Shown here piece after piece: positions 1-13,744 of a stretch of DNA of 64,000 nt (its first letter is position 1; the number at the start of each line of letters is the position of its first letter). Below the pieces are notes generated by a model. It was not told the origin of the DNA. It searched no databases and saw nothing but the letters and a program-made list of their open reading frames with translations. Made by a program: the position numbers and the translations under genes. This DNA is from Albugo candida. Lineage: Eukaryota. The stretch lies in assembly GCA_040437565.1 (NCBI GenBank), contig JBDOQK010000001.1, positions 992,001 to 1,056,000 of the forward strand, read 5' to 3'.

Positions 1-799
1 TTCTGTGATGTTATTGTACTTATTCCGTTGCATTTATTCAGACCAATCGGAGACCACGCGTTCCAGGAATTTATGGAGGATGGTCTAAAACGTTCCCGTA
101 ATTTTATTTTATTTATTCTCTTATATTCATTTGAATCAATCAGAGGTCACAATTGCTATTTATTTATAGAGGCAGGTGGCTGATTACAGAAGATGTGCTG
201 GCTGAATAATGATCCCCTTTGTGACCAAAGCCTCGATAAAACAAATGTCTGAAGTGGCTGCCGCCAGATTTTGATTGGATCATTTCTGCATTCGTGATAT
301 CACTATTCTACTTCTTCTATCGGGAGCCTGAATCCTATAACTTATGTCCTTATAGTATGTTCCTTTGCTTGGCATCTCTGAATCTATACCGAGGCCTCCT
401 GTCACCTGCTAAAAAAGCTTTGCTGTTCATATGCAATGCTGAGTGATGGAGTGATTAAGTTGTGTACATTCAGTGGATGGCACATAAAAGCACTATGCGC
501 ACTCATCAAAAATCAAATGCAAGTCTCACTGCGTGAATGCTATCGCGTTTTTTCTTACAATGAAGCAGGTGGAGAGGATGTTAAATAGAGGCGTTGATAC
601 CCCTCCTGGTATGAAACATGACAGTCTGAATGTGCTAGTTTTCGCAAGTGGTACGACAAATAGGATATCATCACATTGGTCAGGAAATCTTGTTTGTTGA
701 ATACACATGTCAATCCCTTGATCAATTCCCAACCAATTATGAGAGGATAACAAGTTAGAAAGATACAAAAGGGCAGGTTTGTTACCAATAGCAATGAAC

Positions 800-871
800 T
801 GCGCCGTCGGGGAATTGAACCCCGACCTCATCCTTGGAAGGGACGAATCCTAACCATTAGACCAACGGCGC
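800..871 (-). tRNA. tRNA-Gly (anticodon TCC)
   Basis: Reverse complement GCGCCGTTGGTCTAATGGTTAGGATTCGTCCCTTCCAAGGATGAGGTCGGGGTTCAATTCCCCGACGGCGCA folds as a cloverleaf: acceptor stem GCGCCGT/ACGGCGC, anticodon arm CGTCC-CTTCCAA-GGATG, T-loop GTTCAAT. Confidence 0.95.
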
Positions 872-1472
872 TTGATTAACGCAGGCTGGTTATAAGTTAT
901 CATATAATAAAAACACTGTCTATCAAGTCAAAAGTCGCTGCTTGAACAAGCGACAGCTCCAAGTGTTCCAGACGACGTGCATTAAGTGTTCAATCAAGTT
1001 AATTATCAAAGTACTGATTCATCTCAAAATATTGAGACATAGAACTTTCAGTGAATGTTTTCATCTTGCAGAAGAATGCTTAATCGGACATTTAGCAAAA
1101 CTGTTACATTTATATATCATCGTTAGCAAGCAAGGGTACTCAAGTACATGTCGTAGTCGACCTGAATAAAGATGTATATGTTGGAAATGGCAATGGTATT
1201 GAGTAGCTTGGGACTTTTACCAAAACTCGAGGATCTAATACATCAATTCGAAACATTATAACACAAAAATTGTACTACCTCGTTAGTGTGCTACATTTGC
1301 CCTGGCAGAGTAACTTCGGTTCTAGGTTCAGCACTCAGAACGAGGATATGCGTTTCCCGAATTAGCAGAATGTGCCACACATTTACGTATTTTCGTACAA
1401 ATTCAGTTCCAAAAGCCTGCAGTATATGAACGCCAAAATCTATAACTTAACACGTGCTCACTCTTGCGCTCG

Positions 1473-3178
1473 CTATTGCTTCCCGATACTATCAAGTCTC
1501 TCCATCTCATGAATTTGCTTCTTAATTCGCCTCGACTCCCAATCAAGAAGACTCCGTAACAACGACACAACATCCTGTGCCACTTCGATGCCAAAATGGA
1601 TAGCTAGACCGACGGGATACGATTTGAGTGCTCCTTGGATATCTGCCATTTGACGCATTTTCACAATAAGGTCAGAATCCAATGGTGCTTGTGCGTCATT
1701 TACCAAAAGTCTTTGGTATGAAACACTGTCTCGCAAGAGCGCCAATCGACTTGCGGAAGGCTTGACACTTGACGGAATGCTGACGGTCGACAACACATTG
1801 TCGATAGCGCTGGATAATATCTCATCAATCATTTGGATTCCTTGGTGGACAACGCGATTCGGCTGGTACGGCGCTTCATATCGTAAATATTGCAATCGAC
1901 GTTCCCACATGGTACAATCGGGTAGAAAGGTTGCAATGTTGCGTAGAAGAGGACGTGGAAGATGTAAGGTTCGATGCATGAGACTGCTATATTGCTTCCA
2001 ATGAGAAGCCAGATACGATTGCCGAATACCGGCACGTCGAAGGAGATACAAAGCGGATAGACGAACGAGCTCATAACAGCGTTGACGGCGAAGTCCTTGT
2101 CGCATTAACCGAAGCTGATTCTGTGTCAAAAAAATGAGAAATGCAAGAATTGAGGAGACAAAAGCGACGTACGCCAACGCTGATTTTAAGGAATAAATCC
2201 ACATGTCCTCGACGATGTGCTGTTTCAGCAGCTGCTTTCCCCCGATCATCCTTCAAGAAGATATCGGCACCCGCCGTTAACAAAGCTTCAACTGCTTCGA
2301 CATGTCCTCGCTTGGAGGCTAAGATGAGAGCCGTGCTTCCTTGTCTCTACAAAGAGCTGATGAGACTTTTTCAAACACGTTAAAAGCTTCATATTCAACC
2401 GTTTGTTGGTTGACGTCTGAGCCTGCATCGATCAATCTTTTGGCTATATTCGCATGCCCGCGTTGGGAAGCCAGCATCAGTGATGTCATACCCTCATTCT
2501 ACACGTCAAAATGAGATCAACAGCACACACTTCGCGATTGAAAACGTACATTGGCCGTACAAACATCGACACCACGCTTCAAAAGGTACTCAACGACGTC
2601 GTCTCGCCCTTCCTGTGCAGCTCGCATGAGCGGTGTAGTACCTTTCCGGTTAGTGTAATTTTGTTGTGCCCCACACTCTAAAAGCACATGCACTACACCA
2701 AGGTGGCCAAAATGAGAAGCAGGGATCAACGCCATATTTCGGGAATCTTGATTCGCGCCATGATCTACCAGAAATTGTGCCATTTTGGACGATCCTTTTT
2801 GTGCCGCTAGTAGTAACGCGTAGGTTCTCTTCTCCTGGAAATATGCTTAGCGGGCAAAACAACAGGTAAAATGAAGTCACATACATTGTGTTGATTGACG
2901 TCCGCTCCAGCTTGCAGCAGTGTAGAACACAAACTGAATTGATTCGATTTGACTGCAATCATCAACAACGTCAAGCCGGATGTATCTTCTGCTTTGATAA
3001 GCCGTTTCACCAACTTGGAATGCATCTCGTCTTGCATCATAAACTTGAGAAATCTTATTGTGTCATCCACTTTGTGATCTTTTGCCCAAGAAAATATCAT
3101 CATCTGCAAATCTTCCAAGCTGTCATCGGTCAATCCAAGCGCCAGAGACGAAGGAACGTCAAAGAATCCAAAATCACA
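1473..3178 (-). CDS. Partial duplicate (3' part) of the ankyrin-repeat gene at 3941-6225
   Basis: ORFs identical to those in 3941-5646; truncated at the gap. Confidence 0.6.
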
Positions 3179-3278
3179 NNNNNNNNNNNNNNNNNNNNNN
3201 NNNNNNNNNNNNNNNNNNNNNNNNNNNNNNNNNNNNNNNNNNNNNNNNNNNNNNNNNNNNNNNNNNNNNNNNNNNNNN

Positions 3279-3339
3279 GGAATTGAACCCCGACCTCATC
3301 CTTGGAAGGGACGAATCCTAACCATTAGACCAACGGCGC
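3279..3339 (-). tRNA. Truncated duplicate of tRNA-Gly(TCC), 3' end in gap
   Basis: Identical to 811-871. Confidence 0.6.
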
Positions 3340-3940
3340 TTGATAAACGCAGGCTGGTTATAAGTTATCATATAATAAAAACACTGTCTATCAAGTCAAA
3401 AGTCGCTGCTTGAACAAGCGACAGCTCCAAGTGTTCCAGACGACGTGCATTAAGTGTTCAATCAAGTTAATTATCAAAGTACTGATTCATCTCAAAATAT
3501 TGAGACATAGAACTTTCAGTGAATGTTTTCATCTTGCAGAAGAATGCTTAATCGGACATTTAGCAAAACTGTTACATTTATATATCATCGTTAGCAAGCA
3601 AGGGTACTCAAGTACATGTCGTAGTCGACCTGAATAAAGATGTATATGTTGGAAATGGCAATGGTATTGAGTAGCTTGGGACTTTTACCAAAACTCGAGG
3701 ATCTAATACATCAATTCGAAACATTATAACACAAAAATTGTACTACCTCGTTAGTGTGCTACATTTGCCCTGGCAGAGTAACTTCGGTTCTAGGTTCAGC
3801 ACTCAGAACGAGGATATGCGTTTCCCGAATTAGCAGAATGTGCCACACATTTACGTATTTTCGTACAAATTCAGTTCCAAAAGCCTGCAGTATATGAACG
3901 CCAAAATCTATAACTTAACACGTGCTCACTCTTGCGCTCG

Positions 3941-6225
3941 CTATTGCTTCCCGATACTATCAAGTCTCTCCATCTCATGAATTTGCTTCTTAATTCGCCT
4001 CGACTCCCAATCAAGAAGACTCCGTAACAACGACACAACATCCTGTGCCACTTCGATGCCAAAATGGATAGCTAGACCGACGGGATACGATTTGAGTGCT
4101 CCTTGGATATCTGCCATTTGACGCATTTTCACAATAAGGTCAGAATCCAATGGTGCTTGTGCGTCATTTACCAAAAGTCTTTGGTATGAAACACTGTCTC
4201 GCAAGAGCGCCAATCGACTTGCGGAAGGCTTGACACTTGACGGAATGCTGACGGTCGACAACACATTGTCGATAGCGCTGGATAATATCTCATCAATCAT
4301 TTGGATTCCTTGGTGGACAACGCGATTCGGCTGGTACGGCGCTTCATATCGTAAATATTGCAATCGACGTTCCCACATGGTACAATCGGGTAGAAAGGTT
4401 GCAATGTTGCGTAGAAGAGGACGTGGAAGATGTAAGGTTCGATGCATGAGACTGCTATATTGCTTCCAATGAGAAGCCAGATACGATTGCCGAATACCGG
4501 CACGTCGAAGGAGATACAAAGCGGATAGACGAACGAGCTCATAACAGCGTTGACGGCGAAGTCCTTGTCGCATTAACCGAAGCTGATTCTGTGTCAAAAA
4601 AATGAGAAATGCAAGAATTGAGGAGACAAAAGCGACGTACGCCAACGCTGATTTTAAGGAATAAATCCACATGTCCTCGACGATGTGCTGTTTCAGCAGC
4701 TGCTTTCCCCCGATCATCCTTCAAGAAGATATCGGCACCCGCCGTTAACAAAGCTTCAACTGCTTCGACATGTCCTCGCTTGGAGGCTAAGATGAGAGCC
4801 GTGCTTCCTTGTCTCTACAAAGAGCTGATGAGACTTTTTCAAACACGTTAAAAGCTTCATATTCAACCGTTTGTTGGTTGACGTCTGAGCCTGCATCGAT
4901 CAATCTTTTGGCTATATTCGCATGCCCGCGTTGGGAAGCCAGCATCAGTGATGTCATACCCTCATTCTACACGTCAAAATGAGATCAACAGCACACACTT
5001 CGCGATTGAAAACGTACATTGGCCGTACAAACATCGACACCACGCTTCAAAAGGTACTCAACGACGTCGTCTCGCCCTTCCTGTGCAGCTCGCATGAGCG
5101 GTGTAGTACCTTTCCGGTTAGTGTAATTTTGTTGTGCCCCACACTCTAAAAGCACATGCACTACACCAAGGTGGCCAAAATGAGAAGCAGGGATCAACGC
5201 CATATTTCGGGAATCTTGATTCGCGCCATGATCTACCAGAAATTGTGCCATTTTGGACGATCCTTTTTGTGCCGCTAGTAGTAACGCGTAGGTTCTCTTC
5301 TCCTGGAAATATGCTTAGCGGGCAAAACAACAGGTAAAATGAAGTCACATACATTGTGTTGATTGACGTCCGCTCCAGCTTGCAGCAGTGTAGAACACAA
5401 ACTGAATTGATTCGATTTGACTGCAATCATCAACAACGTCAAGCCGGATGTATCTTCTGCTTTGATAAGCCGTTTCACCAACTTGGAATGCATCTCGTCT
5501 TGCATCATAAACTTGAGAAATCTTATTGTGTCATCCACTTTGTGATCTTTTGCCCAAGAAAATATCATCATCTGCAAATCTTCCAAGCTGTCATCGGTCA
5601 ATCCAAGCGCCAGAGACGAAGGAACGTCAAAGAATCCAAAATCACAGGTCGATAGTCGACTTGTATCACAAATCGCAGCCGTTGACAATGTGGTACGAGG
5701 AACATCTTCATCATCAGTTCCAATGTCATCGGTAGCATATCGTGAGTTCCCACGCGTTGTAGAGGAAACGGAGACCGGTAGAAGCAGCGATGACAGGGAC
5801 GCAAACTGAATAAACTCTTCCATCGATAGCTCTCTCGAAATTTCATTGATTCTCGCATCTGTGAGCGAGAAAATTGAGCTCTCCTGCGTCCCACCTTCTC
5901 GTACTGGTAAGATGGCGGTATCAGATGTGCTTTGTCTCGTGTCGACCGCGAACGCTGGTGGCTCTACGATTGAATGTACGTTTGGTTGTGACAGAGCATT
6001 TGTCACTGAGAAAGCAGGCGAATTATTGTCTTCATGAAGAGGATACGACGTTCTTCTCTCGATAACTGATTCTTGTCCTGCTTGCGGATTTTGTTGTGTG
6101 CTAATCTCTTGCTGATTGTTCTCGGCAGCATCCTCTCCGATTTGCGCGGGAGAAGCGTCAATTCGAGCTCTTTTCCATGGAGGGAATAAAAGAGAATCTT
6201 GATTCTTGTTTGGGTTTTCGTCCAT
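3941..6225 (-). CDS. Multi-exon ankyrin-repeat protein with low-complexity N-terminus and uncharacterised C-terminal region
   Basis: Ankyrin motifs GLTLLMIAVKSNQ..LLQAGADVN, ALIPASHFGHLGVV, GTTPLMRAAQEG, AAAETAHRRGH spread over frames separated by short GT-AG introns; likely start MDENPNK at 6225. Confidence 0.85.
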
Positions 6226-7993
6226 CTTATGCGGCACTTTTCTGTTTCTTATTACGACCGCAAAGCTTCCAAGGAATCTACGTGGCCTTTCTAACAATGG
6301 ATGAATGTTGTCATNNNNNNNNNNNNNNNNNNNNNNNNNNNNNNNNNNNNNNNNNNNNNNNNNNNNNNNNNNNNNNNNNNNNNNNNNNNNNNNNNNNNNN
6401 NNNNNNNNNNNNNNTCTTATCAGCATCAAAAATGATAATATGCATTCGGAAAGGTTATCGAATATGGAGTCATAGAGAATCTTACTTGTATAGAGGGGTA
6501 TTATTAGATACAGGTGAATGCATATTGATAATCCAAGGTTGATGGAAAATAACTTTGGATTAAGGAATGAACCTTTCTCGAGCAATTTTAGCGGATAAAC
6601 GGATCACGGATAGACGGATGTGGGCAGATGATTGCAACTTGAATGAGGCTTGAGTAATTTCTCAAAGTTTTTGCAAGCAGTAGCTTTCATGGTTGAAGAA
6701 AAGATCAATTCGCTATATTTTTGATTAAATGTAGCTCCATTTGCTGAACATAATTGGATAAAATATGCAAATTGAAGTTGACATTGAAGTTGAAGCGCGT
6801 CAAATGTTTTGACTCAACACACATTCTGCCTTTATGTCTTTGATCACTAACATTTTCCATGATATTTGCGGTGTCTAATCATAACTAGGAAACGTTGTGC
6901 CTAAGGACGCATGTACCTACGGGTCGGTAGTATGTGCTTGAACAGATTATATCGGCGCTTCCTTTGATTTAAGCAGTTTAACGTGGTGCTTTACACATGA
7001 AAAAAGCGACCATGTCAACAGAGAGTTGCATTACAAGTCTTGCAAAGCGTCCATCTATCATGTTCCATGGTGCCGACGCTGGGCTGACGTACCGCTTCGA
7101 CAATTTACCCGATCACGGCTTTGCTTGAATGAATGTTGCATGCAAACATTTCGCGGTCATATTGCACCATTATACACATTCAAGCGACACTTATAGCGAT
7201 TCAATTCCAGCGGATGGTTATGTCCGATGACATAGAGTTGCCTCGCGGAATTTCGACACAGTGCTTTGCGCAAAGAACTATGTCATAGCTGAACTATTGT
7301 GACGCATTGCTATAAAGAGCCTTCTTCAAGCTTCAGTACTTCATCTGGGCGTCTGTCATGGTTCCATAACAAAGCTCTCTTGCATGCTGTTTCCTCACGT
7401 AAGTCAGTACACACAACACTCGAGCAACGCTTGGGGCGTTACAAATCGGACACTTATCATACGGTTGAGATCAGCGTGATCTCATCTCAGCTTTATTTCA
7501 ATTCCTTCTCATATACTGAAATGGCGTTACTGGATTTTGACTCACCAGTGCAAAAGACGGTGATCCCTAATAATCACTCTCACAGCTGTCAAATGATGCA
7601 GTCATCCGCGCCGAGCATATTTTTGAATCAGTCCTAATACAAAAACTTTTTCGTAAACAAAGCATGCGACCAGATTTGCAGCTCCGATTCCAACAAGCTC
7701 GCATCGATACGAGAATGGAAGCGGTATCTCAGGCAATCCGATCACATTGGTGCTACTTGCCACACGGANNNNNNNNNNNNNNNNNNNNNNNNNNNNNNNN
7801 NNNNNNNNNNNNNNNNNNNNNNNNNNNNNNNNNNNNNNNNNNNNNNNNNNNNNNNNNNNNNNNNNNNNTGATCTCATCTCAGCTTTATTTCAATTCCTTC
7901 TCATATACTGAAATGGCGTTACTGGATTTTGACTCACCAGTGCAAAAGACGGTGATCCCTAATAATCACTCTCACAGCTGTCAAATGATGCAG

Positions 7994-10900
7994 TCATCCG
8001 CGCCGAGCATATTTTTGAATCAGTCCTAATACAAAAACTTTTTCGTAAACAAAGCATGCGACCAGATTTGCAGCTCCGATTCCAACAAGCTCGCATCGAT
8101 ACGAGAATGGAAGCGGTATCTCAGGCAATCCGATCACATTGGTGCTACTTGCCACACGGAAAAGATCCGTCAACGCAGTAGGTTCGCCAAGGAAAATAAC
8201 GCCCAGGAATGCGAATACGAATGCAGCGTAGATCCAAAGGAAGCCATTACTCCACATAGGACGACGAAAATGAGCTCCCAAGCAGCACGTAAGCCCACTA
8301 GCCAATTGCTGAAAGCATGCAGTCACCCACAGACACGTACTTAAATGATTATCTTGTAATTCCCACCACTTGATGAGATTGATTCGATCAGGAGCAAATG
8401 GACAATACCACGACTGTGTCGTAAGATGATGCACACTGAGGATGAGGAAACAGGAATGGATGAGCACTTGTCCAACCAGAGAAAAGTAAAGAGGCGCTCC
8501 CAGCAAGTTTGAAGTTGGTCGCTCCCTACCGAGTGTCTGATGAGGTCGACATTGGATGATCCCGTAGAAAAGACCCATCAGAATGACACCATCAGAAAAT
8601 GTGAATGCCAATTGACCGATGAAAACGTTATTGGAATACATGACGAATCGCAATCCAATGCCAATGAGACCATACAGGATGATAAATCGAAGACTTGCAG
8701 AATAATTGGCTAATGTCGCTCGACCCTCAAGGCACAAAGTGACGACCGATTGAATCGAGTTACTGCTAGTGAAAGGAGCCACCACACAAGTTTTTGACCG
8801 CGTTAATGCCAAGCCCACATGAGCTGCTCGAAGAGCTCCGCAATCGTTCCCTCCATCACCACACATTCCCGTGACAACTCCAGCACGGCCATACCGTTCA
8901 ACACAATCCGCTTTACTCGCCGGTGTCATTCGACTAAAAATTCGAATTCGGAATAGCAACTGGTCCACCCAGTCCAGTTTCTTGAGTGCCTCAAACGCAC
9001 TACAAGTTACTGCAAGCTCCAGCACCGCTTCTTCTGACTCATAGAGCATCGATCTCACTTGTTCTGCTGTGAAAACCGCCTCAGTATCAATATCGCGCCA
9101 GACAAGCAGTTTTCCAGCCTTGGTTGACTCGATATCTGCGAGAATCACCTGTGCATTAGGCTCGAGGATGCCAACCGCGCGGGCAACGAAACAGCTCGTC
9201 ATTGAGTTATCACCCGTGAGCATTACTGGTCGAATATTTCCCTGTTTCAATGCAGCAACAGCTTTTTGCGAGTCTTTTTTCAGCTCATTTTGGAAAAGTA
9301 TTAATCCCAGCAAAGTCAAGCCGTTTTCAGCTGAGTTCCGATCGGAGCAAACCATGTCCAAGGTGTCGAGTTCCAGGCATTTATACGCGATGCCAAGCAC
9401 ATACAATCCATTTCTAGAAGAATCCTGCGCGATTGATCGATAATCAGAAGGGATCGATTCGGATATAGAAATCTCTTGTATCTTCTCGTACGATCCTTTG
9501 CAAAAAACAAAGCAATTTCCAGTGGATCTCTCTCGGACAATAACGCTCATTGACATTCTTTCGTGATCAAACTCAAACCGTTTGATGACTTGGAGCTCGT
9601 GCATCCGGTCAGTCGACAAGACCGAATCATTCTGATGGTCTTGGAGCAATGCCCAGCCGGTGTGTTTGAACATTTCCACTTCTACATCGTCTCCAGCAAG
9701 TTTTCCATCAACTGATACCACCGAATGACACGAGGCCATTGCGAACTGTAACGATGAACCATTCTCCACTTTGGCTTCCATGAATTTTGCTCGCGTCACT
9801 GGAAGAGTCGCCCAAAATTGAAGCCCCTGTTCTGTGATCGTGCCGGTTTTATCAAAGCAAAAGACTTGAATGATTCCGCAAAGAGGTAGACGAGCTGGTT
9901 CGAGACAGTACACGCCGGCATCAAAAAGACGTTGTCCAGTTCGTATGTGTCCTGCCGTGAGCACCACCGGAAGCAGCGGATTCAGCACGGCCGAGAACAT
10001 GAACACACCGTATATAAATGTGAAATACTTGCTCTCAAGAACGACGCCTCTGACCAAGAACCACATCGCCAAATACGCACATGCCAAGCCACAGCCTGCG
10101 AGAACCCATATGATCCATTGAAGCTCTTCTTGATACTTGAATCGAAGACGACGAGGCGATAAGATCATTTGGACCAGTTGCCCGCGACATGTTTGAGCTC
10201 TTGTGAAATAAACCAGCGCCACAATCTCCTGATCACCAGCCAAAGTTCTTGTCCCGGCAAAAAGCGTATGTTTCTTTCCGTTTCCATTCGGATAGTAGAA
10301 AACATTTTCAGGCTCATTGGAAATGGAAAATTTCTGCACCGGCATCGATTCTCCCGTCAGCGCTGACTCATCACAGACAACAGAGCCACGAAGAAGAACC
10401 ATATCGCATGGAATGTCCCAGTCTTGAACGACGCGAACGAGATCTCCGGGTACCAATTCCAAGCAAGAAATCAATTTCCACACTCCATCTCGAAGCACTG
10501 CGACAGTGTCGTTTTGATGACGCGTTAAATGAGCGACAGCGGACATTCGATGACGCTTTGTGATGATGTTGCTGATGAGTACAGCGATGATGACCACGAT
10601 GTTCAGGAATGCGATCACGACATAGCCGGTGAAGAACCATACAAAATAGCACAACAGCTGATAGACGTAAAAGAGCGAGCCAATCTCGTGAAGAAACAAT
10701 TCGAAAAGCGAAGGTATGCGAAGATGAAGCGTATTGGGGCCTAAAGTATCGATACGTCGCTGATATTCGCGCGTTGTGAGACCATAGTGGCCTTCCACAT
10801 GAAGCTGATGGATTGTATCGGGGAGAACAATGACGCCGGGAACAAATTTGCGCGCGAATTCATCGTAAATGTATCGAAAATGCTCCAATTCGATAAAGCG

Positions 10901-12071
10901 ATCGCCTTCCAAAGTAGTGTGGACCCGGACCGTTTCTTCCATGGATTTAAGACTGACCCACGACCCGTTTTCATCTGACCCGTTTGGTGGCCCGTGTATA
11001 CGTTTGGATACATGAACACACTCACACGTTTCCAATGGAGCTACATATCGGAACAAATTGGCGATTTTTGGTCGATAGAAAACCAAGATTGAGAGAGAAA
11101 CTGCATTGAGAAGCCAAATGACGATAAATGTTTTGATAAGAACCAAATTTGGATCGAGAAGACGTTGAGAGAATACACCGTTGTTGTCGCTAATGAGAAG
11201 GATAAGCGTCACATTCAAAAGTGCTACTGTCATCAAAGTAGTATACAGGGCGAAGGTACCATATGAGGAATTACTGTAACCAGTCTGAACCATGATGTCC
11301 ATCTGTTCCTGCATAGTGAACGCTTTATCGGAAATAAGCATTGTGTCGAGCGGTGGGCGGGTCCATTTTGATGGACTTTGGGACCGTCGCAGAATTGTTT
11401 GTCGGATGACGAAGTAAGCTTTGATGTGGCGCAGTAGAAACCATGTACACACTAACGCGATCGCTGCGATGAGGAAAACGTACAAAGCAGTGAGTGGAGG
11501 GGCGTACATATTTGAATATCGATAGTGCCGAGGGGGTGGGGAAAACACGCATTCTTTTTTCGCGGTTATGCGAAGTGTACCATCGGGTTGCATCAGAGAA
11601 AAACATTTGGCATTGAGAGGGAAGGAGGCATTGTTATTGCGAGGATTCTGAGGAGAAGTCCAATATTCAGAAGGCTGGTTCGAATTTTGTGCGAGAGATT
11701 GATTATAAATGAAAGCAGCGGTAGGGAATGTGCATTGCATCGTATGGTTAAGTGTTCCATCAGACTGAAATATAGACGATAATCGACATAGATGACTTGA
11801 GTTTGTATACCGAAATGTCGGCGTGAGGGGTGTATACATCTTGTGCGGGTAATCTACACGACGGGGTAAATTCCAGCCATGTTTGTAATATATCCCNNNN
11901 NNNNNNNNNNNNNNNNNNNNNNNNNNNNNNNNNNNNNNNNNNNNNNNNNNNNNNNNNNNNNNNNNNNNNNNNNNNNNNNNNNNNNNNNNNNNNNNNATAT
12001 TCGCAACACCAGTACTCGGGGTTATGGTGTATAGGACACGCAGGATACTCGGATCGTGATTTAAACATCAT
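7994..12071 (-). CDS. P5(B)-type P-type ATPase (ATP13A-like) with extended Cys-containing N-terminus
   Basis: 1281-aa ORF with DESALTGES, phosphorylation motif DKTGT, KGS, TGDN, GDGGND and multiple TM segments; frame is open upstream to the gap at 11897; probable start MMFKSR at 12071 beyond the gap; 3' end duplicated at 7602-7768. Confidence 0.9.
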
Positions 12072-12407
12072 GGACTCAAGAAGTTCCGTCAAAACTGAAA
12101 CAAGCAGAATGCACGGACAATTTGTAGCGATCGAATGCTTCCATAAATGTCTCGACACGTTCGATCAAGTAAGAAGCGCCACCATTACGATTAGCAATAG
12201 TTACTTATCAAGTAAAGGAGGTTTACACGAACCGTAACCTAGCTTCCGTTACTGTAAGCTGTTCTATAAAAGGTTATCCTTATTTATATCCCTTCGCAAG
12301 ATTAGCACCGCGTGAAAATATAGCGATATGTTGCTGCAACACTTGCATTTCATTCCGTAATATATCAAGAAAACGTTCTTATTCTTACGTCGTTAGTCAC
12401 GTATTTG

Positions 12408-13709
12408 ATGACGAAAAACGAACGAAAGCATCCCGAACTCGATGATGATGAGTTAGATATTGAAATACGTCCCTGCGCACCCATCGATGACGTGTTTGCG
12501 GATGGCACGCAGCAGGATTCTTTGGCAAAGGGGAAGGGAAAACGTGCCACAGTATGGAAATCAAACGTCGAGTCCACAGCGCTGGAAATGTGTGAAGAAA
12601 CAATGGAAAATGAACCACAACCAACAGCGAGAAGGTTTTTCCGGAATATTCTAAAACTACCTAATACGGCCATCAAGCAAACGTGGAGCAAGCTAGACAT
12701 TTCAGAGGAAGGCATTTGCGAGGCAGAGCAGTATGGAGAATGTCGCGATGGATGGGTTTACAAAACCATTCACGATTTGCTATTTGGAAGCAACACGATG
12801 CAAGGGCAAATTTGTGGTGTTTTATTACTCCTTATGATATCCACAAGCGTTATTTTAGGTTTGTTTCTGATGAAATGTGGCTGAAAAGTACTAATGATCC
12901 CGAATGTAGCCACATTGGATAGCGTTCATTCCATTCGATTAGAATATGGTGAAACAATCTACACGCTCGAAGCTATTTTCACACTTATCTTTGCCGTCGA
13001 GTACATCCTTCGTGTCAGTTGTCTTCGGAAACCAAGCGAATACGTATGCAGCGCCATGGGAATCGTCGATATTTCGTCCATTGTACCGACTTTTATAAGT
13101 ATGTGCGTATTTTTCGAGTTTTATTACGTCATCTGACAAAAACGTGTAGCTTTTTTCATTCCTCACGCTCGTCCATTGGCTGATTTAGCGACATTGCGGA
13201 TTTTTCGCGTGATTCGGGTTTTCCGGGTCCTTCGTTTGGTACGGTTTGTTGATGCTGCGCGCGCACTGGAAGACAACATTGATGCCAACAAACTTCGAAT
13301 TGCTGTATTCATGTTTTCTGTCTTCTCTATGATCGTCGTGATTGGTTGTACAATGTATTTGATCGAAGGAGAAGCAAATGGGTTTTCAAACATACCCGTT
13401 TCATTGTATTGGGCTGTGGTTACCTTAACTACGGTCGGGTACGGTGATATCGCACCTCTGACAGTGCCTGGTCGATTGCTAGCTACGATGGTTATGTTCT
13501 CGGGTTATGGTGTCATCGCATGTCCGCTCGTACTTAACACACAGACAGAACAAGAGAAACTTGGAATGCATTGCGAATGCGTTCGTTGTTTTCGGCGATT
13601 GCATCAAGAGGATGCCAACTTTTGCCGTCATTGTGGGGCTGCATTGCGCGCCACAACAAAGTCACGGAAGAAAATAACTGAAGTTTCCAAAGAGGTTGTC
13701 CCATTGTAA
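12408..13709 (+). CDS. Voltage-gated 6TM potassium channel, prokaryote-like, with C-terminal CxxC...CxxC zinc ribbon (3 exons)
   Basis: S4 LRIFRVIRVFRVLRLVRF, filter TTVGYGD, tail CVRC..H..DANFCRHCG; two short introns near 12860-12910 and 13099-13150. Confidence 0.92.
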
Positions 13710-13744
13710 TGTATTATAAACGGGTCTGACCCGAGTATTTTATT

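Larger units (their letters stand above)
811..5646. repeat. 2368-bp direct duplication (811-3178 vs 3279-5646) across a 100-N gap; probable assembly overlap artefact
   Basis: ORF track repeats with offset 2468; only one difference noticed by eye (T877 vs A3345); the second copy starts inside the tRNA. Confidence 0.9.

Noticed and set aside
811-5646. Apparent tandem duplication of a tRNA plus ankyrin gene resembling an element integrated at a tRNA
   Set aside because: Near-identical copies split by a 100-N gap, the same pattern as at most other gaps; no integrase or transposase present.
6415-7480. Relatively long spacer between the ankyrin gene and the P5 ATPase
   Set aside because: No convincing ORF, terminal repeats or RNA motif found.
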